From assembly GCA_023898525.1 (NCBI GenBank), contig CP060227.1, positions 429,634 through 493,633 of the forward strand: DNA of 64,000 bases, written 5' to 3'. The translations under genes were made by a program, and so were the position numbers. Positions 57,485 through 64,000 of the stretch are shown one piece after another; the first letter of the stretch is position 1; every line of letters starts with the position of its first letter. The notes under the pieces were generated by a model. The model did not search any database, had not been told where the DNA came from, and saw only the letters and a program-made list of their open reading frames with translations. This DNA is from Candidatus Nomurabacteria bacterium (GTDB lineage Bacteria; Patescibacteriota; Minisyncoccia; Phycocordibacterales; UBA918).

Positions 57485-59452
57485 TTAAACGTTTTCTGAA
57501 AACAGGTCAATATCTTTTGCTAATTCATCTATTTCACCAGTTCCTATGCCTTCAGTTATTTTTCTGGTGCTTCTATCGATATTAAGCGATATTAGACCAC
57601 TCCGCTCAAGGCGTTTAACTAGTTCAGTTATTTGTGTAGAAAAAACAACTGAACAACCGCTGTCGGCGAGTGTTTTTAGTACTTTGTCGGAAAGCTCTAT
57701 TCCTTGTGCTTCTTGAGTACCACCCCCCAACTCGTCAATGATGGTTATACATTGTGAAGGCTTACTCTCTTTTGCTTTATCGAGTAATGCCTTAAGCTTT
57801 CTGAGCAGTAACTCAGCAGTTGAGCCAGATCCTCGTTCAATGAATACTAGCCCCATGGCTTGTTTGGCGTTGAATTTTACATTTGTTCCAAATACAGGTA
57901 GTCCGCATTGAGCCAAATATAAGGAAGTTGCTATTGTCTCCAAAACCACAGTTTTACCGCCAGCATTGTGTCCTGTTATACTGATTATGTTATCAGCAAT
58001 ATCAGGTAATTTTCCAACAGGAATAATATTTGACGGATCGACGTCTACAGCTAAGTGAAAAGGAAAAAGATTGTCCGAAGAAAATACGTGATTATTGTCA
58101 TCAAGTATCTCTGGAAAAGACAGTGTAGTCTTCCAGTCCTTTGACTTGATATCAAGTGACCGGATTATCTTTGTCATATCAATCAACTGGTTAAACAAGC
58201 CGCTGATGTACTGACGACAGGCATTGGCTTCATTAAACATATCGCCTACACCTTTTTCAACTTGACCTGAGCATAATGCAGTAATTGAGTTGTAAGCGAA
58301 TCGGCTAGAAAGATCATCTGAAGAAACTTCAACCCCGCTCTTTGAGAAAAAGTGTTTAGTTTTTTCATCAGAAAACAGATTTGCCAATAACTTAGCTTTT
58401 TTTACGTTTGCCAGGTGATCCCTTGTAGAGGCTTCTTTTAGTGCTTCAACTTCTCTCAAAAAACGTTGTGTGTTTTTTTGAGAATAACCAGGAAAGTCTC
58501 TATCACATTTGATCTGTAGTGATTGACTTTCATATTCGTCTTTCTGGTCTTTGTGTTTAATACCACTCAGTTGAAGTTGTATGTCTACAATCTTAACAAA
58601 AAGCCTTCCATACTCATATGTTAAACCTAGTTTTACATCCCAGGTGTGATTTGATTCATTGCGTACGTTTTTAAATAGCTCACCTACCACATCAGCCACA
58701 ATTTTTTTAAGAGACTCTGGAGTCTCGTCAATGACTTGTGGTCCGTATGCACTCTGATCATTGCTTTTGTTTAATCGTTCAACTACCCACTGCTTCCATT
58801 TGCGAGGGAGTGGAATTTTTGGAAAAAAACCACTGTCAATTGTCCATGGTTTGTAATCCAGGGGAGCGTATCCATATAGATGATACCCAAGAGTGTTATC
58901 TTCAAGTAACTTTACATCCCTTTTGTCTACAGTCAAAGATATAATGCTATTAAAGGAGACGGTAGTCCTTGATAGGTCAACCACCTGCTTTGAGAAGTTT
59001 TTCTCTAGCTCACTTATAGTTCCAAAATTTTCATTCAGAAATTTTATAAGTTTTTTAACTTCAGGTGGTACGTCTCCTTCTGCGGTACGCTGCAATGCAG
59101 TGTGGTACTCATGCAAGATTTCCAAGAATAAGGACGGCTGTTCTCTATCTGGATGAAAATCGTGCAAAAAAAGCTTGTCCTTAGTAGGTATGTCTGAAGG
59201 TAGGTTGAGTTCCAGTAATTTGTCCATAAAATCTGGATTTTGTTGTAACCATCTGAATATAGACTGCCTTGATAAAATTTCATTGCGATCACTGGTTGCA
59301 ATGAGGTCTACCAACCCAGTCTTCTCAATACCCAAAATTTTCAGTACAGGTTTAAGTCGAAGGTCACCTTCGTTGATAACTTCTAATGGAGGCACTTCTT
59401 TATTCCAGAAGGTTATTACAGGATAATTATTTGTTGTACATGCATCGGTCAT
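57485..59452 (-). CDS. MutS-family ATPase-domain (domain V) protein with large unrelated N-terminal region; lacks mismatch-binding and Smr domains
   Basis: ITGHNAGGKTVVLETIATSLYLAQCG parallels the MutS motif [26 protein letters not shown]. Walker B IIDELGGGT parallels MutS DEIGRGT. Confidence 0.7.
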   Translation of the reverse strand: MTDACTTNNYPVITFWNKEVPPLEVINEGDLRLKPVLKILGIEKTGLVDLIATSDRNEILSRQSIFRWLQQNPDFMDKLLELNLPSDIPTKDKLFLHDFHPDREQPSLFLEILHEYHTALQRTAEGDVPPEVKKLIKFLNENFGTISELEKNFSKQVVDLSRTTVSFNSIISLTVDKRDVKLLEDNTLGYHLYGYAPLDYKPWTIDSGFFPKIPLPRKWKQWVVERLNKSNDQSAYGPQVIDETPESLKKIVADVVGELFKNVRNESNHTWDVKLGLTYEYGRLFVKIVDIQLQLSGIKHKDQKDEYESQSLQIKCDRDFPGYSQKNTQRFLREVEALKEASTRDHLANVKKAKLLANLFSDEKTKHFFSKSGVEVSSDDLSSRFAYNSITALCSGQVEKGVGDMFNEANACRQYISGLFNQLIDMTKIIRSLDIKSKDWKTTLSFPEILDDNNHVFSSDNLFPFHLAVDVDPSNIIPVGKLPDIADNIISITGHNAGGKTVVLETIATSLYLAQCGLPVFGTNVKFNAKQAMGLVFIERGSGSTAELLLRKLKALLDKAKESKPSQCITIIDELGGGTQEAQGIELSDKVLKTLADSGCSVVFSTQITELVKRLERSGLISLNIDRSTRKITEGIGTGEIDELAKDIDLFSENV

Positions 59453-59601
59453 AAGACCTCCTCTTATACGTAACGTTAAAGAAACAGAATGATATTAATA
59501 AGTAAAATATCATGTCTGTTGGTATTAAAACAGAAATATTTTAAAAGTCAAGCCATGAAAAAAGCGGAACGGCTTTCGGCCGCCCTGCTTTTCCCCTCTT
59601 T

Positions 59602-61278
59602 CTACTTCTTCTCCGTCAACTTCTTCCTTACCATCTGCTGCGCGGCGTTCATACTATGCTGGTAATAGAGAGATTTAATTCCCTGCTTCCAAGCTTGGAT
59701 GTAAAGCTGGTTGATATCTTTGACGGGTGTGTCCGGCGCCACCATTACATTAAGTGACTGTCCTTGGTCGATGTGTTTTTGTCGATCAGCCGCTTGCTTA
59801 ATAATGGCAGATTGATCAATCTCGGCGAAAGTACGGTAAACTTCTTTTTCTTCGGCTGTTAAGAAGTCCAAGTGCTGTACCGAACCATCGTGATCACGGA
59901 TACTGTCCCAAGTCTCTTTACTATCCTTACCCTTCTCTTCCAACAAGGTCTTTAGGTTGGGGTTTTTAATCGTAACTTTCATTTTGGCTACATCCTTGAT
60001 GTAGCAATTAGACCAAATTGGCTCAATACCCTGTGATACTTGACCAAGAATAAAGGCTGAAGAAGTATTAGGGGCAATCGCTAAAAGAGTGGTGTTGCGA
60101 CGTCCGTAACCCTTCAATATTTCTGGCTCACCTAATTCTTTAGCTAATTCTTTAGTTGCCACGACAGCTCGTTCATTTATGTGTTTAAAAACTTCAACAT
60201 TAATCTTTTGTGCTTCTTCACTTTCAAAAGAAAGTTTTTTGGCTTGCAAAAGCGAGTGCCAACCTAAAGCTCCAAGACCCAGCGCTCGGTTGGCTTTAGC
60301 AAAGTTATAAGCTCGTTCCATAAAAGTAAACGCTAGACGTTTTTCTTTTTCTTTGCTATCTCGCATCTCCTCCAACTTTTGAATAAAATCTTCCATTACG
60401 GCGTCTAAAAAGGCAACCATTACCTCAACCAAATCTGTATCTTTCCAGTCGTCATAATGCCTAAGATTAATTGAAGAAAGACAACATACAAACGACCAAT
60501 CGTCGTGTGACGGTAGCATAATCTCACTACACATATTACTAGCGTAAATCCTTAGTTTTTTATCTTTGTAGACATCGACCGTGTTGTTGTTGGCGGCATC
60601 CTGAAACATGATGTACGGATATCCCATCTCCCCCCGACGCTGAATCACTCTGGCCCAAATGGCTCGTTTCTCTTCGTCCCCTTCAATCATTGATTCCATC
60701 CACTTGTCTGTCACGGTTACACCGTGAGTTAGTTTTTGGATTGGATTGCCCTCGGTTCCAATATCGAGAAACTCTAGAATATCAGGGTGTTCAATTGGTA
60801 AATATGGAGACAGGTGCCCGCGACGAACCGAACCCTGGCTCACCACATCAACCAAAGTTTCAAACAGCTGCATAAAATGAACCGCTCCTGATGAATGTCC
60901 ATTGTCACCAGAAATACGAGCTCCTCGTTCTCGCAAATCTCCAAAATATCCAGAGCATCCTCCACCAAACTTACTCATCATTCCCACTTCAGCATTAGTG
61001 TAAAGAATACTACCCATATTGTCGGCCACATAAGAACCAAAACAGCTGATTGGCAATCCTTTATCAATCCCAAAGTTAGACCAAACCGGCGAAGCTAGAG
61101 AAATCCACCCCTTACTCATGTAATCTACGAATTTATCAGCAAAACCAGGACGCTTCAAAAATTTCTCAGCTGCTTTAGCTATAACTTCTATTCTCTCTTC
61201 CGCTGTCTGTCCTTCTGCCAAATAACCTCTGGCCAAAAAACCGCGACTGTTTTCGTTCAACCAATACCATGACTCCAT
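59602..61278 (-). CDS. nrdA: Class I ribonucleotide reductase alpha subunit, short form without ATP-cone
   Basis: SNMCSEI thiyl-radical motif; C-terminal SLYY. At 558 aa it starts directly with the catalytic barrel. Confidence 0.85.
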   Translation of the reverse strand: MESWYWLNENSRGFLARGYLAEGQTAEERIEVIAKAAEKFLKRPGFADKFVDYMSKGWISLASPVWSNFGIDKGLPISCFGSYVADNMGSILYTNAEVGMMSKFGGGCSGYFGDLRERGARISGDNGHSSGAVHFMQLFETLVDVVSQGSVRRGHLSPYLPIEHPDILEFLDIGTEGNPIQKLTHGVTVTDKWMESMIEGDEEKRAIWARVIQRRGEMGYPYIMFQDAANNNTVDVYKDKKLRIYASNMCSEIMLPSHDDWSFVCCLSSINLRHYDDWKDTDLVEVMVAFLDAVMEDFIQKLEEMRDSKEKEKRLAFTFMERAYNFAKANRALGLGALGWHSLLQAKKLSFESEEAQKINVEVFKHINERAVVATKELAKELGEPEILKGYGRRNTTLLAIAPNTSSAFILGQVSQGIEPIWSNCYIKDVAKMKVTIKNPNLKTLLEEKGKDSKETWDSIRDHDGSVQHLDFLTAEEKEVYRTFAEIDQSAIIKQAADRQKHIDQGQSLNVMVAPDTPVKDINQLYIQAWKQGIKSLYYQHSMNAAQQMVRKKLTEKK

Positions 61279-61307
61279 ATGCGTTGTATCTTTAATTAGT
61301 ATATTAA

Positions 61308-62621
61308 TCAGAATAAATCATCACTAGTCACACTAGCACTGCGCTTATTATAGTTGATAGAGCGCTTATTGAAAAAGTCCACATGCTTAGTCGCAATCAC
61401 CTCGTTGTCAAACCAGTCAGTTTCTTCAAGCAAGGCTTCGCTCACTTCAAAGATGCGTGGTAGACCAATCGAAGCCAAAGAATTATTAAGACGATTTTTA
61501 ACAAACTCTTTCACGTTTGCTGCTGGTAAAAAGTCCAACTCACCCGCTTCATAGATCCAGTCAATTATTTCACTCTCAGCCTCGTAGGCTTCTTCGCAAG
61601 CCCTAATAATCATTGCCTTGCAGTCTTCATCAAACCATTCTGGGTGTTCTTTTTTTATGGTATTAATCACATCAATACCAAACATACCGTGAATCTGCTC
61701 CTCTTTTGAGGTGGCTTCTACGGCGTTACTGATTCCTTTCAACAAATTTCTATGTTTATTGAAAGACATGATAATTAGAAATTGTGAGAACAGTGACACG
61801 TGCTCAATAAACAAAGAAAATAGCAAAACAGAATGCATGTACTGACGATTTTCGTCTGTCTTTGACAGGGTGATTGTTTTTTCCAAATAAGCAATTCTTT
61901 TTTTGATAACCGGTACACTGGTGATTTTTTCAAACTCAGCATTTAGTCCCAAAATTTCCAACAAGTGAGAGTAGGCGTCCATGTGCCTCGCTTCACTCTC
62001 GGCAAAAGTCACACCAACCGCACTGATTTCTGGTTTTGGCATTTTTTTGTAAATATCTCCCCAGAAGGTTTTTACCGCCACCTCTATTTGAGCAATTGCC
62101 AACATAGCATTTTTAATTGCATTTCGTTCTGACGGGGTAACGTTAACGTGGAAATCGTTGATATCACTGGTGTAATTGAACTCGGTGTGAATCCAGTATG
62201 AGTGACGAATAGAATTAACGTATTCATACAACTCTGGATATTCGTAAGGTTTTAGGTTGGTACGCTTTTGGAATATGTCACGCTCACGGAGTTTTTTGCG
62301 GGCATTACGGTAGATAATGTAGGCTTTGGCTGTATCGAAATAATCAAGCTCCATCAGAGATTGCTCCACCAGGTCTTGAATCTCCTCTACCGCCGGGTAA
62401 CCATCAATACACTTCTTGGATTTGCTGCTCTCAGGGTCAGCGGTAGCCGCCTGGACACACATATCGATAGTTTTTTTATGAACCAACTCGGCTACTTTTT
62501 TGGCATCTACCACTTCTCCCTCTTCAGTCTCAAAAAGTGCTTTTAAGATAGCGCTTTCAACCTTAGCAATATCAAAAGACTGTACTGAACCGTCTCTTTT
62601 ACGAATCTGCTTAATCTCCAT
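61308..62621 (-). CDS. nrdB: Ribonucleotide reductase beta (R2) subunit with N-terminal ATP-cone fusion
   Basis: N-terminal ~100 aa are an ATP-cone (IKQIRKRDGSVQSFDIAKVESAILKA...). The rest is a ferritin-like R2 with the di-iron/tyrosyl signatures ExxHxxxY (EARHMDAY) and EEQIH. Confidence 0.8.
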   Translation of the reverse strand: MEIKQIRKRDGSVQSFDIAKVESAILKALFETEEGEVVDAKKVAELVHKKTIDMCVQAATADPESSKSKKCIDGYPAVEEIQDLVEQSLMELDYFDTAKAYIIYRNARKKLRERDIFQKRTNLKPYEYPELYEYVNSIRHSYWIHTEFNYTSDINDFHVNVTPSERNAIKNAMLAIAQIEVAVKTFWGDIYKKMPKPEISAVGVTFAESEARHMDAYSHLLEILGLNAEFEKITSVPVIKKRIAYLEKTITLSKTDENRQYMHSVLLFSLFIEHVSLFSQFLIIMSFNKHRNLLKGISNAVEATSKEEQIHGMFGIDVINTIKKEHPEWFDEDCKAMIIRACEEAYEAESEIIDWIYEAGELDFLPAANVKEFVKNRLNNSLASIGLPRIFEVSEALLEETDWFDNEVIATKHVDFFNKRSINYNKRSASVTSDDLF

Positions 62622-62979
62622 AAAATTATCTGAAATAAATAATACTTAATAAACCTAAATATCTCTCACAAACTTAATTGCTGGTGTTGTATACAATTAA
62701 GTCTAAGAAAGATCGTCGCTACAAACCGCGTGTGTTATAAGCCTTGGATGTCAAAACACACGGTGGAGAATTCGTGCGTACCCACATGATACCATTTTTT
62801 GAAAACGCCCATTTTTCGTACTAATGGCTAAAATAAAGGCTATTAATAAGCAAAAAAATCAAAAGTGTTTATAAAAATGTGGATAACTTAAGACCCTTAG
62901 ACAGTTATGATAAGGAATTCTTGTTTTGTGTAGTTTGCAAAGTGCGAAAATGTTCTGTGGTTGGAGAGGGTGAAAAATT

Positions 62980-63018
62980 AATTAAAGGGGTGGCCACGAA
63001 GTGACCACCCCTTTAATT
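62980..63018 (-). terminator. Hairpin terminator (aaagggg tggccac gaa gtgaccac ccctttaatt)
   Basis: 3' of mscL on the minus strand, followed by a T-rich stretch. Confidence 0.6.
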
Positions 63019-63030
63019 AATTTTTCACCC

Positions 63031-63414
63031 CTACTTCTGCAAAGAATCCCTGATTTCCCGAAGCAACTTTATATCTTCAGGTATCTCTTTGGGCTTTTCT
63101 TCTTTTTTCTCCTCCTCCTTTCGCTGCATCTTCTTCAGAGTCTTAACTGCGATAAAAATAGCAAAAGCGATAATGATAAAGTCAAAAACACTTTGCACAA
63201 ACACTCCATACTTGATTTCAGCATCACCAATAGCCACTGATAGGCCGGTAAAATCCACCCCTCCCATCAGCATACCTATGAGTGGAGTTACTATGTTTTC
63301 TACAAGTGATGAGACGATTTTCCCAAAAGCGGCTCCGATAACTACCGCTACCGCTAAATCGATAACATTACCCTTCATGGCAAAGGCTTTAAATTCTTTA
63401 ACGAAGTCTTTCAT
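63031..63414 (-). CDS. mscL: Large-conductance mechanosensitive channel MscL
   Basis: 127 aa; [31 protein letters not shown] is canonical MscL TM1. Confidence 0.9.
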   Translation of the reverse strand: MKDFVKEFKAFAMKGNVIDLAVAVVIGAAFGKIVSSLVENIVTPLIGMLMGGVDFTGLSVAIGDAEIKYGVFVQSVFDFIIIAFAIFIAVKTLKKMQRKEEEKKEEKPKEIPEDIKLLREIRDSLQK

Positions 63415-63462
63415 ACATTATATTTAATATTAACCAACTAATTATAACACTTTTTTTGTTAA

Positions 63463-64000
63463 TTAATGTGAATGTTGGTGGTGATCAGCGCAAGTGTGTA
63501 AACCATCTTCATCAATACATTTATCTTTAAAATACCAAGCCGCTAAAGTAGTGGTCAACGGTACAGCTAGTACCAGGCCAATACTACCAACCACGATGCG
63601 TAATATTTCAGCTGCTATCACTTCTTGATTAAGAGTAATGAGAATTGATGATTCGGACAGTGAGTAAAGCAGTATGAGAGGCAGTGCCGCTCCCACATAG
63701 GCAAAAGCCAATGTATTAACAAGTGAACCAACATGATCTCGACCGACCTTTATCGCACTTGAATACAACTCCTTAAATCCAAGATTGTGATTGGCACCCT
63801 TTAATTGTTGCACCACAGAAGCTTGGGTAATAGAAACGTCATCCAGTACACCGAGTAGTCCAATAATAATACTACCGAGTAAAAGTCCAGTTAGATCCAG
63901 CGTACCATCGGTGGCAAAATTCAAATACACCGCCGCGTCATCACTAAAGCCGGTAAAACGCATCCACTCCACCCAAATCCACGCCATCAAACAAGTCACC
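63463..64000 (-). CDS. YibE/F-like membrane protein, C-terminal part (N-terminus beyond window end); His-rich tail
   Basis: Polytopic membrane ORF open at the window edge; ends HHQHSH. Confidence 0.45.
   Translation of the reverse strand, partial: VTCLMAWIWVEWMRFTGFSDDAAVYLNFATDGTLDLTGLLLGSIIIGLLGVLDDVSITQASVVQQLKGANHNLGFKELYSSAIKVGRDHVGSLVNTLAFAYVGAALPLILLYSLSESSILITLNQEVIAAEILRIVVGSIGLVLAVPLTTTLAAWYFKDKCIDEDGLHTCADHHQHSH

Overview
This 64 kb window looks like a small, AT-rich, gene-dense bacterial genome. Protein-coding-region rRNA insertions, an apparently missing rplA, and many small ORFs point to a CPR/Patescibacteria-like organism, but that assignment is inference. The standard genetic code appears sufficient.

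Main content:
- The 5' ~2.77 kb of a 23S rRNA gene lies on the minus strand (3' part beyond the window start). It carries two intervening sequences, and one of them encodes a small GIY-YIG-like ORF. No 16S rRNA gene lies upstream.
- Housekeeping genes include rplK, rplJ, rplL, rpsF-ssb-rpsR, nusG, secE, efp, recA, ftsK, recO, metG, glyQS, ileS, argS, glyA, thyA, folA, dcd, tatD and mscL. There is also a class I ribonucleotide reductase pair in which the ATP-cone sits on the beta subunit.
- Mobile DNA comprises a minimal IS200-like element, a REP/RAYT module, an IS30-family element, and a family of very long perfect palindromes, two of which share a conserved loop.
- One tRNA-Pro(GGG) is present.

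The strongest candidate for a new system is at 24.0-29.1 kb. A 1041-aa Calx-beta/M23-peptidase/RTX-repeat protein is followed by two signal-anchored small genes. Each small gene is preceded by a near-identical (~99%) copy of the big gene's 3' end plus its intergenic region, and a third, degraded copy follows. This is the layout of a polymorphic effector with immunity-cassette array.

Other notable points:
- ileS carries an embedded histidine-phosphatase domain.
- argS is frameshifted in a T-run.
- rplL may have an acidic N-terminal extension.
- A MutS-domain-V-only ATPase is present.
- rplK has no rplA next to it, and rplJL lies ~44 kb away from rplK.

All coordinates were hand-counted from the printed sequence and may be off by 1-2 nt.
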